Shown here: positions 47,056 to 56,179 of the stretch, in pieces | How positions within the stretch are numbered: the first letter of the stretch is position 1 | Layout: each line of letters begins with the position of its first letter | Source of the DNA: Thermoanaerobaculia bacterium | GTDB taxonomy: Bacteria; Acidobacteriota; Thermoanaerobaculia; Gp7-AA8 | Assembly: GCA_035276475.1 (NCBI GenBank) | Contig: DATELQ010000004.1 | Location: 12,154 to 76,153, forward strand | DNA length: 64,000 nt | Direction of reading: 5' to 3' | Made by a program: the position numbers and the translations under genes | The notes under the pieces: generated by a model | Told to the model about the DNA's origin: nothing | Databases searched by the model: none | What the model saw: only the letters and a program-made list of their open reading frames with translations

Positions 47056-48860
47056 AGAAAGTCCTCCAGCGCAATCGTCTTCTCGCCGGCCGGCGTCAGC
47101 TCGAGCGCCTGCTTCACATTCAGCGACCCGAAGCCATAGGCCGCATCCGGTTTCTCCGGCGGATCGCTCGACGCACGCAGAATCGAACGGATCACCCAAC
47201 TGGTGAGCTCGGGGTTCTTCTGGAGCATCAGCGCGATCACGCCGGCCACGATCGGCGTGGCCATGCTCGTGCCGGACATCCTGAGCCGCACGCCCTTTTC
47301 GGGCGTGCCCTTCGCCTTGGTCGAGACGATGCCGGAGCCCGGCGCCACGAGATCGGGCTTCGTTCGTCCGTCCCGCGTGCCGCCGCGCGAGCTGTTGGGC
47401 GAGACCATCTTCGCAGCGCGATTGAGGTTGCCGACGGCCACGCAACGATGTGACGTGGCCGGCGTCGTCGTCGACCGGCGCGTGTCGCCGTCCGTCCCTT
47501 CGCCGATGAACTCCGGCTGGCTGTAACCCTTCCCGGAGCGCTCCACCCAGGCGTCGACCGTCCCGTGCCGCACGCGATCGGCGATCAAACCGATTCTCCA
47601 GGTGCCGGCGCTGGCGTCGCCGGAAATGCGGATGCGGATCCGCGCTTCGCCGTTTTCAGGCGCGAAGCGGACGGAATCGATTTCGACGTCGACGTCGCAC
47701 TTCGTCGTCAACACCTTCTCATAGGGCGCACGAACTTCATCCAGCGGCGGGTGCTTCTTATTTTCGTGCGGGCATTGCACGACGACACCCATTTGATCGA
47801 CGGCCGAATACCAGATCTCCACGATCGTCGGCGCGGATTTGGCGTGGTCGGGGGCAATCCTCAGCTGCAGCTCCCTCCGCTGGCCCTCTGTGAATTTCAA
47901 CGTCGCGTGCTGCGCCGGCTGATGCTGATTGCCGGCGGCGACGGCGGCGGCGTAGCCGCCGCTGGTGAGGTGGCTGTCGATGGTGCGCTCGAGAATCGAC
48001 TCGCCGTCGTGCGCGCCGAGGTTCTGTCCGAGGCTCATGTTGATGACGCAGGGGCGCCCCTTTTCCAGTGCTTTGGAAAAGATGTACGCGACCGCCGCCG
48101 TCAAATTCGTCGAATTCGTCAGCGTAACGTTCCGGTCCTCTTTCCGGGCCGCCACGAAAATGATATCGGCGTGCGGCGCGACGCCCACATAGGAACCGCC
48201 TTCGCGGCCGCCGGACGATCCGGAACGGCCATTGCCCGCCGCAATCCCGGTCACATGCGTTCCATGCTCCTGGGACTGATGCCGCACGACTTTCTCCGGG
48301 TCGGTCAAGGCCTCCGTCAAATACTTGTTGGTGTACTCGACGCCGCCGAATTGGTGCTCCGGATCCTCGAATTCGGGATCCTCCGCTTCTCTCTTCAGCG
48401 TCTGGTCCCACAAATAGAGAATGCGCGAGCTGTCGCCGTCGATGAAATCGGGCTGCCGCCAATCGAGACCATCGTCGATGATGCCGATGATCACGCCGCG
48501 GCCGCGGTTTTTCTGGTCGATCTCCGGAATGTCCGGAATGCCGAGGGCGGGAATGGTCTCGTCGAGGGCAAACGCGATCGGCGCCCCTCGCTCGAAGTAG
48601 CTCACTTCCGGCGCATCGTGGAGCGCGTCGATCTCCGGCAGCGCGAGATAGGCCGCCCACGTCTGTGGGGCGACGCGCATGCGAGGCTTGCCTTGCAAGG
48701 CCTTCGGCAGTTCCTCGCCGCGCAGCACCACGAGCAGCGGAACGAGCATCTCCTGTAAGGAGCCGTCGGCTGCCAGGCTGCCGACGAGACCGCTCGCTTC
48801 GTTCGAATGCCACTCGCGCATGAGGCGCCGAATCTCGGGATCCGCTTTCGAATATCGCAT
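47043..48860 (-). CDS. S8 family serine peptidase (subtilase), no signal peptide
   Basis: Asp 'IIGIIDDGLD', His 'HGTHVTGIAAG', Ser 'GTSMATPIVAG'; GAGGAG SD 8 nt before ATG at 48860; N-terminal region itself I9-like. Confidence 0.85.
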   Translation of the reverse strand: MRYSKADPEIRRLMREWHSNEASGLVGSLAADGSLQEMLVPLLVVLRGEELPKALQGKPRMRVAPQTWAAYLALPEIDALHDAPEVSYFERGAPIAFALDETIPALGIPDIPEIDQKNRGRGVIIGIIDDGLDWRQPDFIDGDSSRILYLWDQTLKREAEDPEFEDPEHQFGGVEYTNKYLTEALTDPEKVVRHQSQEHGTHVTGIAAGNGRSGSSGGREGGSYVGVAPHADIIFVAARKEDRNVTLTNSTNLTAAVAYIFSKALEKGRPCVINMSLGQNLGAHDGESILERTIDSHLTSGGYAAAVAAGNQHQPAQHATLKFTEGQRRELQLRIAPDHAKSAPTIVEIWYSAVDQMGVVVQCPHENKKHPPLDEVRAPYEKVLTTKCDVDVEIDSVRFAPENGEARIRIRISGDASAGTWRIGLIADRVRHGTVDAWVERSGKGYSQPEFIGEGTDGDTRRSTTTPATSHRCVAVGNLNRAAKMVSPNSSRGGTRDGRTKPDLVAPGSGIVSTKAKGTPEKGVRLRMSGTSMATPIVAGVIALMLQKNPELTSWVIRSILRASSDPPEKPDAAYGFGSLNVKQALELTPAGEKTIALEDFLQEG

Positions 48861-48871
48861 CGTCGTTCTCC

Positions 48872-49249
48872 TCAAGAGCCGATGGAGAGCCAAATCGTTT
48901 GCCGGTACCAGGCAAAGTGAAAATGCTGGAGGAAGTCCCTTCCCAGAATGTTGGCGTTCAACCTCGCAAAGCCGCCCACGATCGAAACGAAAAACGGTGC
49001 GGCACCGAGGTGAAGGAGGCACGGCGCGTAGTGCAGCACGGAGCCGGCCGGCGTCTTCAAAAACGGGGTCTTCGCTGCTTTTTCGACGTCGTATCCGAGG
49101 GCGGAGGCCAACGAGTCGTCGACGAGCGTGTGCGAGCTGCCGGTGTCGATGCTAAACACCGCCGGCAGGAACCGCCCCGATGGGCCGGCCACGGAAAGGA
49201 CGATCCTCGGCTCAGTTTCGCTGCGCGATTGGAACGTGAGCGCAGTCAT
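48872..49249 (-). CDS. retropepsin-like aspartic protease (Asp_protease_2 type)
   Basis: 'FSIDTGSSHTLV' DTG active-site motif and C-terminal 'NILGRDFL' flap/dimer motif as in retroviral proteases; ATGA coupling with upstream gene. Confidence 0.7.
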   Translation of the reverse strand: MTALTFQSRSETEPRIVLSVAGPSGRFLPAVFSIDTGSSHTLVDDSLASALGYDVEKAAKTPFLKTPAGSVLHYAPCLLHLGAAPFFVSIVGGFARLNANILGRDFLQHFHFAWYRQTIWLSIGS

Positions 49250-49827
49250 TCCGGCCGCTCCGGCATTCTCCAGAACAGAATCCCGTCCGTTTGGGCAATT
49301 CGTTGCGCGAGCTCGTCGAGCGTCGCCGCGGAATCGACGACCTCGGTGCCGTTGGCGGCGATCCACTTCGTGGCGTGCTGCTTTGCCAGAGACGCGTAGT
49401 TCTTGTGGACCCATTGCGCGGCCGGCGACCCTTGCCGCACGCGCCTCGTCGTGCACGCCTCCTGGATCGACGCGGCGACGCGCTGGTAGACATCGCCGCC
49501 CGACCGCGAATGCGCCGCGTTGATGTAGTCCCACACGCCGAGGCGCATCGCCCGTACGCAGAACGGCGCGTCGACGATCGGCGCAACGAGGATGACGACC
49601 GGGATCGCCGCGAGCAACGGCCGGATGTCCGAAAGCTCGCTCGTTTCGTTGTTCGTCCAGCGTACGGCGATTTCAAATTGCACTTGATCGCGCTGAATCT
49701 GTTCGACGGCTCCCGGGTGCGCCACGACGGCGGAGAGCGGGGTCTCATCGACGGTCGTGTGCTCGAGAAAATCCTTTACCTGGTTCATCACGCCGTTGTT
49801 CGTGGGGTCGAAGAGGATCACCCTCAT
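49246..49827 (-). CDS. receiver (REC)-like protein with degenerate phospho-acceptor site plus C-terminal unknown domain
   Basis: 'MRVILFDPTNNG' and 'PVVILVAPIVDAPFCVRAMRLGVWDYINAAH' match REC beta1 and beta4/alpha4-beta5; no Asp at the expected beta3 position; ATGA overlaps on both sides. Confidence 0.55.
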   Translation of the reverse strand: MRVILFDPTNNGVMNQVKDFLEHTTVDETPLSAVVAHPGAVEQIQRDQVQFEIAVRWTNNETSELSDIRPLLAAIPVVILVAPIVDAPFCVRAMRLGVWDYINAAHSRSGGDVYQRVAASIQEACTTRRVRQGSPAAQWVHKNYASLAKQHATKWIAANGTEVVDSAATLDELAQRIAQTDGILFWRMPERPE

Positions 49828-52800
49828 CCTCTGCCACCCCGCATCCTCGTCGGCAGTGTGATGAGGAATTCAGCGCCCGACTGCCGCTCCGGCGACGAGA
49901 TCGCTCCGGAATGGGCGCCGATGAAGCGCTTGGCGATAACCAGGTGATCGCCAGGATCGCCTCCGAACGAGGCCAACGCCTCGAGCTTGTCGGATGGCAG
50001 CGGCGGCCCTTGATCGGACAAGCGGATCTGGATGGTGTCGCCATTCGTGCCGAGGGAGAGCGACAGGGCCATCGGAAACGACGGCTCGGCGGCGGCGGCG
50101 GAACGGTCGCCGATGATCTCGGAGAGCGCGTTGTCGACGGCGACGGTGTCGACTTCCGCCTCCAGCCGGCCGGCAGGCAGGATCGGCTCGATGGCGACGT
50201 TGCCTGAGGCGTTTTGACGGTCGATGAACGCCCGGACGAACGCCGTCACGTCGACCCTCGACGGACGGATCTCCGGCTCGGCGCGAACCTCGGCGATGTC
50301 GTTGAAGATCTGTTCGATCTTCCGGAAGAGCTCCGTCAGCGCGCGCGTGTGGGTGACGTCGCTCCCCGCGCGCTCGAGCCGGTAGACGATTCCCTTCGCC
50401 ACTGTGAGGTTCGTTACGAGCTGTTCCGTTCCTTGCAGAACGACGCTGCGCATCGTCTCGTCTTTCGCGTCCGAGATCCTCGTCTCCTGCAGCGTCAGTT
50501 CATTGAGCGCGGCCCCCGCCTTTCCGATGGCCGCGAACATCGTCCGGTCGAACGAATGGAACCACCCGCGGGCGTGATGCCAGAGGTTCAGAACCGCCAG
50601 GCACTGGTCCTCATGGACAAGCGGAATGCCCACGAAGCCGTGGACCCAGGGCACCGGCGGACGAGCCGGCACGGAGACCTGGATGTCATACTCGAGAAAC
50701 GGCTCTTTTTGCTCGACGGCAATGTTGGTCAGGAACTTCGGGTCATTGGTAAGAAAGGAGAGGTCCTGTGTTTCGGATCCGGTCCAGTCTCCACTGATCG
50801 CGAACGTTTCCCACCGCGGCTCTCTCAGCACCATGAAACGCGCCAGATCGGCTCCCAATAAGCGGCACACGCGGTCGGTCCATTGTTGCAGCACGTGCTT
50901 CCGGCGCGTTCGCCCGGGCGGCAGCGGCGTGTCGTCCGACACCAAACTGAACCACTCCCAATCCGCCATTTTGGCAGTGGCCTCGAACGGATCCCGCGAT
51001 AGCAGCTTCGTCGCGTATTCGACCATGGCTTCGATTTTCTCAATGAGATCGTCGGAGAGCTCGTCGGCGTCGCTCGCGCGGTCGACGTTCACGTTCAAGA
51101 TGCCCTTGAATGCCGGCACAGGCCCTTTATGCGCCGTCGTGCTGATCCGCATGAGCAACACCGATTTGTCTTTGCTCGGCGACGCAATGAGCTTGGAGAG
51201 GTGTTGTGCGGAAACCTCAGTCGCCGCGGCCTTCCGCACGGATTTGTAGACCGTTTTCGCGCCGCCGACGGCCCGCAATGCGGCGAGCAGTTGCGCATTC
51301 TCAAAAAAGATCGGCGCCGGCACGGGCGAACGGCGCGGCCAGATGTCGAGGGCGACGAAGCGCCCTTCCTCGAACTCGTGATAAAAAACGACGGTCGCAT
51401 CGCGCCGCTCATTGTGAATGGCCTGAATGAGCGTGCGGATGGTGCGGTCGTTGTCGGGGACTTCGAGCATCAGGCGTTTGAGCCGCTCGTCCCACGGCAC
51501 GGGCTCGGCATCGTCGCCATATCCGAGGTCCGCGAAGAGATGCCCGGCCGCGCGCAGCCACTCGTGCCGGTATTGCGCTTCCTCCCGCGCGAAGGCCAAC
51601 CCGAGCAGGGCACGCTCGACCGCGGGCTGAAGATCCTTTTCCATGTTGGCCTTGCTGAGCTCCAGCGCCAGCGTCAGCTCCGTCTCGCGCGAGGCACAGG
51701 CGATGCGCAGCACGTCCGGAAGGTTGCGGATGAGCCGCTCCCGGTCGCTCTTGCCGAGGGCGCGGATACAGGCCGCGGCGCACGCTTCGTGCTCGCCGGC
51801 GTCGCCTCCCTCCACGAACGTCTTGTCGTGGACGGAAGTGAGGCGCCGCTCCACGTGCGCGGCGAGCGCGGCGAGGCTCGCCGGCGGCTTCGTCGATTTT
51901 TTATCGCGCTCGATGCGCCGGTCCACGAGCAACGTGATGATGGTGACGGTGTAGATCTCCAAATTCTCATTCGACGCGGCGGCGTCGAACAGACGCTCGA
52001 AGATCTCGTAGATTTTTCCGGGATCGCCGTACCCGCCCCCCTGCCTGCGCCAGGCTTCGTATCGCGCGGCCGCTTCGCGCAGCACATTGCGAACCCATTC
52101 CCCGTCGCCGGCCTGTGCGCGCCCTAAGAGTCGCTCGATGTTGCTGATGCCGTCGGGGCTGTTGAGGTCATAGTTCTCCTCATCGTCGAACAGCGCGGCG
52201 CTCGGCGACGGCATGGCCTCGTAATCAGCGTCGTCGCCCGACTCGACGAGCGTCTCGCCGCGCAGGAGCGCTTCCTTCTTCTCGTCGATGAACGCTAGGA
52301 GCCGGCTCGACTGCGCCGAATGCCGATACTCGGCGAGTTGGCGCACGGCCTCGGAACGCCCGAAGCGGTGCGACGATCCGGGCGAGTTGATCGACAGCCA
52401 TTGAAAGCTGACGATGTTCGCCCGCGACCGCTGGATGAACGCCGAGGCGATCTCCGGCGTCATCCGGTTGATGACGACGTAGATGACGGCCTCGCCCGCG
52501 TACGCCAGCGCCTCCAGGAGGCGCGCCACTTCCGTTCCCGACGAGGCGGCGAAGCAGAGCGCTGCGACCTTCATCCCTTCCAGGCCGAACCGGGCCCTGC
52601 CTTCGAGATCGTCGAGCGTCTTGATCGATGATGCCTTGCTGATCGACGGGCGGAGCGTCTCCGGCAGCGCCTGCTTGGCATCTTCGGCCAGCACGAGAAC
52701 GTCCGGCTTGAATCGATCGATCTCGTCGTGGATCGTCTGTTGAAAGGCAGCGTGCGAAAGCAGCTTCCGCGGCCAGATGTACGTCGGAATCTCCTGTCCG

Positions 52801-55256
52801 CGAAAGATGACCCGGTTCCGGCTCAAGGCGTGGGCATCGGCGAGGAGGCGCCAGAAGCGGCCGTCGGTGAGCTTCTTCTCGCGGTCGCTGGTGCGGCGCA
52901 GCGGCAGAAGCGAATCGCTGTCGATCGTCACCATGCGCCACTCGGCTTCCGGGCCGCTCGTCGGCTTCTCGCGGAGTTTCTCCACCGGCACTGTTGCCAG
53001 CGCTTTGAAGCGGCCTTTTCCGCGCAACGCGGAGAGGGCCTTCCATTCGCTCCATTCCGACGCCGACAGCGTGTCGAGGAGGCAGAGGATCCATCCCTCG
53101 ACATTGCTCTTGGCGAACTCCTCCGCCGCAAGGTTCAGCGTCCGCCCCGAACCGCTGACGCCGACCAGGAAGACCACTCGTTTGCCGGGACGCAATTCCT
53201 TGCCGAGCTCTCGGACGGCGTCTCCGCCATGCACGTCCTTGTAGTGCGGCAGATTCACCGTGTCGATGGCCGGGAGCGCTTTGAGGGCCAGCGGCAGGAG
53301 CCGGTCGGCATAAATCGAAAACGAGATGGCCATCTGCGGCGCAATGCGGAGGATCTCCTTCTCCAGCCACTCGTCGGCGAGGCTTTGCATCTCGTATTTG
53401 TGCTCGAGAAACCGCGGCGGGACGTAGACGTCGCAGAAGCGATTGCCGGGGAGCAGATACCAGACTCTCTCCTCCTCGGCGCGCTGCCGGGCGATGTCCT
53501 CCTGAACGAGGGTCTCGACGTGGATGGGGAGGAGAGCGCGGAACGCGGCGTGGCTGAGCGCGAAGACGTCGAAGGCCGGCTCGATGTAGACGATCGTTCC
53601 GCGGCTGACCATGCGCACGACCGACTGGTTTCGGGACAAGGCGTCGTGGACCCAGTTGCGCTCCGCCTTCGTCAACGCGCTGTCGCCGTCGTGGCTGAAG
53701 CGGTCGAGAGTGACGGGCTCTCCTTCGATGGCCGCGTTGATTCCGTCGACGAGAACGCGGCGGGCGAGCTCCGTGTCGCCCGCGTCGCCCGCTTTCCTGA
53801 GATTCTCGTTGTCGACGAGAAAGTTGTGCACGACGCTGCCGGCGCGCGTCTTCACCGTCACCGCCGGAGCGAGAACGCCGTGCTCGCGCCAGAGCTCGAC
53901 CAGCGGCTCCGCCGTCGAGAGGATGGTCTGCGTCCGCGTCGGAGCATTCAGCAGCCAGAGACGATGCTTGGCGGAAACGAGGAACGTCCGGGCGATCGCC
54001 GCGGCCGCGCTCTTGAGCGACTCCTCCTGCCACCCGTCCGTGCCGCTCATGTCGACGAAGAGCACGTCGTGCGGCTCCAGCGTGGTCACTCTCTGCGAGA
54101 TCTGGTCGGCGTCCGCCGCCGTCTCCAGCGGAAGGGCGACGGGGTTGAACGCGGGAAGGTCGCTCGCCGTCGTGTGAACGAATACGTAGGTCTTGCGCTT
54201 CTTGGGCGTTCGATGCGGCAGAAGGATCTGGAAGTAGCTTCCGGCCGGCGCCCACGGGCCCGGCGTCTCCCTCGGCGCCAGGGCGTCGCGCTGCAGCGGA
54301 TCGTTGAAGAAGTCCCAGAACAACTCCACGCCGCCGCGGCGGCCTTCGAAGTCGTATCCGGAATAGGCATAGAGCACGCCGCGGAACTGGCGGATTTTCT
54401 CTTTGACCGCCCACAGGCCGCGCGTGTGCTGCCGAAGCGTTTGCTTGCTCGTCGAATAGGCGTCGAAGGCCCACTCGGCGATCGCTTCCGGCCGCGTCTT
54501 CTCGAAAGCCTTTGCCGCCTTCCGCAGCGAATCGACAAAGCCGACGCCCGCGTCGCCGATGACGATCTCCGTCACGCCGTCGTGGCTGATGTTTTGGAAC
54601 AGCCGCGCCTCCCATTCGGCGGCGTGAACATTGCGCTGCGCGGCGGTGCGAGCGTCGGGGTTGCTCACGTGCGCGGTTGCGAATCCCGGCACCGTGCCGG
54701 CGGAATGTTCGGCGGCGTTTGTCCAGAGCTCGTGAACGACGACGTCGGCCAGCCCGGAGACGTCGTACTCATCGGAGAAGCCGGCCGTCTCCAGCACGTG
54801 CGCCAGCTCCTTGTCCGCCGACCAGTGCTGCAGGTCGGGAGACGTATTGGCCGCCTGGATGGCTTGCAGATCGAGCACCCGCGGCGTCTTGCTCTGGCGC
54901 CACTGCTGCGCGTCCGCAGCGTTGACGTTCACCTTGAATTGATGTTCGTGAGCGAGGGCGATGAATTTCCACCGCTCCAGAAAGGCGCTCGTCGTTCCCG
55001 AGGCCGGAAGCTCGACCGAAACCGTGGTCGCGCCGGCAACGGCCAGCCGCTTCACGATCAGCGACAGCGCCACCAGCGGGAGGTGGCCGATCCACGTCGC
55101 GCGGCGCAGATCGATGACCGCGTCGACGTTGCCGAGCTGCCCCGAGCCGCGACGTCCGAACTGCGCTTCGTACTGCTGTAAGAGGTTCTGGTACTGCTGA
55201 CTGCCGAGATAACCGTCCTCGCAGTCGGCGGGGACACCGACAGTAATCGTCGCCAA
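49824..55256 (-). CDS. 1810-aa multidomain sensor protein: N-terminal GHKL-ATPase-like segment, P-loop-like/PRTase-like middle repeats, GAF-like domain, C-terminal histidine-kinase HATPase_c
   Basis: N-terminal 'VVVHELWTNAAEHS ... EIVIGDAGVGF'; central 'RVVFLVGVSGSGRTL'; GAF-like 'VHGFVGIPLVHEDQCLAVLNLW'; C-terminal N-box 'VDNALSEIIGD', 'IRLSDQGPPLP', 'GGDPGDHLVIAKRFIGAHSGAI'. Confidence 0.85.
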   Translation of the reverse strand: MATITVGVPADCEDGYLGSQQYQNLLQQYEAQFGRRGSGQLGNVDAVIDLRRATWIGHLPLVALSLIVKRLAVAGATTVSVELPASGTTSAFLERWKFIALAHEHQFKVNVNAADAQQWRQSKTPRVLDLQAIQAANTSPDLQHWSADKELAHVLETAGFSDEYDVSGLADVVVHELWTNAAEHSAGTVPGFATAHVSNPDARTAAQRNVHAAEWEARLFQNISHDGVTEIVIGDAGVGFVDSLRKAAKAFEKTRPEAIAEWAFDAYSTSKQTLRQHTRGLWAVKEKIRQFRGVLYAYSGYDFEGRRGGVELFWDFFNDPLQRDALAPRETPGPWAPAGSYFQILLPHRTPKKRKTYVFVHTTASDLPAFNPVALPLETAADADQISQRVTTLEPHDVLFVDMSGTDGWQEESLKSAAAAIARTFLVSAKHRLWLLNAPTRTQTILSTAEPLVELWREHGVLAPAVTVKTRAGSVVHNFLVDNENLRKAGDAGDTELARRVLVDGINAAIEGEPVTLDRFSHDGDSALTKAERNWVHDALSRNQSVVRMVSRGTIVYIEPAFDVFALSHAAFRALLPIHVETLVQEDIARQRAEEERVWYLLPGNRFCDVYVPPRFLEHKYEMQSLADEWLEKEILRIAPQMAISFSIYADRLLPLALKALPAIDTVNLPHYKDVHGGDAVRELGKELRPGKRVVFLVGVSGSGRTLNLAAEEFAKSNVEGWILCLLDTLSASEWSEWKALSALRGKGRFKALATVPVEKLREKPTSGPEAEWRMVTIDSDSLLPLRRTSDREKKLTDGRFWRLLADAHALSRNRVIFRGQEIPTYIWPRKLLSHAAFQQTIHDEIDRFKPDVLVLAEDAKQALPETLRPSISKASSIKTLDDLEGRARFGLEGMKVAALCFAASSGTEVARLLEALAYAGEAVIYVVINRMTPEIASAFIQRSRANIVSFQWLSINSPGSSHRFGRSEAVRQLAEYRHSAQSSRLLAFIDEKKEALLRGETLVESGDDADYEAMPSPSAALFDDEENYDLNSPDGISNIERLLGRAQAGDGEWVRNVLREAAARYEAWRRQGGGYGDPGKIYEIFERLFDAAASNENLEIYTVTIITLLVDRRIERDKKSTKPPASLAALAAHVERRLTSVHDKTFVEGGDAGEHEACAAACIRALGKSDRERLIRNLPDVLRIACASRETELTLALELSKANMEKDLQPAVERALLGLAFAREEAQYRHEWLRAAGHLFADLGYGDDAEPVPWDERLKRLMLEVPDNDRTIRTLIQAIHNERRDATVVFYHEFEEGRFVALDIWPRRSPVPAPIFFENAQLLAALRAVGGAKTVYKSVRKAAATEVSAQHLSKLIASPSKDKSVLLMRISTTAHKGPVPAFKGILNVNVDRASDADELSDDLIEKIEAMVEYATKLLSRDPFEATAKMADWEWFSLVSDDTPLPPGRTRRKHVLQQWTDRVCRLLGADLARFMVLREPRWETFAISGDWTGSETQDLSFLTNDPKFLTNIAVEQKEPFLEYDIQVSVPARPPVPWVHGFVGIPLVHEDQCLAVLNLWHHARGWFHSFDRTMFAAIGKAGAALNELTLQETRISDAKDETMRSVVLQGTEQLVTNLTVAKGIVYRLERAGSDVTHTRALTELFRKIEQIFNDIAEVRAEPEIRPSRVDVTAFVRAFIDRQNASGNVAIEPILPAGRLEAEVDTVAVDNALSEIIGDRSAAAAEPSFPMALSLSLGTNGDTIQIRLSDQGPPLPSDKLEALASFGGDPGDHLVIAKRFIGAHSGAISSPERQSGAEFLITLPTRMRGGRG

Positions 55257-55337
55257 TCCGGCTCCTCTCCCACACCTCGACCTGTCGTAGGAGTGACGGA
55301 GAGCGAAGTTTCCCTACCCGGTGGTTGCGACCGCCGC

Positions 55338-56153
55338 CTACGGATTCACATGATCCCAAGCCAGCGTCTCGTAATACATCGTCTGCATTCTGGCCACATT
55401 GAGATTCCATAGGTCTCGCCGCGTCTTCCCCCGCCGGCTGTCCTGGTGATAGCCGCGGAGGCTGTCGTCGTGATCGCGATAGGCCATGGAAAGCTCTTCC
55501 GAGACGGCGATGCGCAGACCCGCATTGCAAAGGTACAGAGCCGTCAGCTTCGCAACGAGTACGTCCTCGACGTTGACAAAGTCCGGATGGTAGACGCCGT
55601 CGATGCGCAGCGTCTCCTGGTTGTACGTTTTCATCCCCGCCAATACCTCCGGTTTCCACATGATCGAACTGACGGGATACGGCGCGATGCCTCGCGCGAC
55701 ATAGTCGCGGGCCGACAAGCTGAAATCCGGTTGATGAATGATCCGCCGACGCTGGCGGTCAATGGCGATCGGGCCGAGCGCCGCTCCGACATCAGCCGGC
55801 TCGAGCGCGTTCGCGCGCGACGCGATGTCGAACATGAGGTCATCGGAATGCAGCGGGGTGACGGCGGCGATGGTCTCGTGCCCTTTGAGCACGGCATCGA
55901 TGCCAAAGTTGAGCGCATTGGAAGCGGTCTTGAGATCGCTCTTCTTTCGCTCCCTCCGCAGATACCGGATCCTCCGGTCGTCGTATTTCTTCAAGACCCG
56001 CTGGATCCCGTCGGGATCGGGCGACCCGTCATCGACAATCACGTGCAGATGCGCCGACGGAAGTTTGTGGACGCTGGACACGCAGCGATCGAAGAGCGTC
56101 AATCGGGAAGGAAACTCGGGCGATACGTAGACGGGGGTGATGATCGCGATCAA
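55338..56153 (-). CDS. glycosyltransferase family 2
   Basis: 'IAIITPVYVSPEF' and 'VIVDDGSPD' GT2 DXD-region. Confidence 0.8.
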   Translation of the reverse strand: MIAIITPVYVSPEFPSRLTLFDRCVSSVHKLPSAHLHVIVDDGSPDPDGIQRVLKKYDDRRIRYLRRERKKSDLKTASNALNFGIDAVLKGHETIAAVTPLHSDDLMFDIASRANALEPADVGAALGPIAIDRQRRRIIHQPDFSLSARDYVARGIAPYPVSSIMWKPEVLAGMKTYNQETLRIDGVYHPDFVNVEDVLVAKLTALYLCNAGLRIAVSEELSMAYRDHDDSLRGYHQDSRRGKTRRDLWNLNVARMQTMYYETLAWDHVNP

Positions 56154-56179
56154 GGTCGTTCGCCCTTAAAATACAACCC

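Noticed and set aside
52728-55181. 817-aa plus-strand ORF
   Set aside because: Antisense to the 1810-aa sensor gene. No domain signatures.
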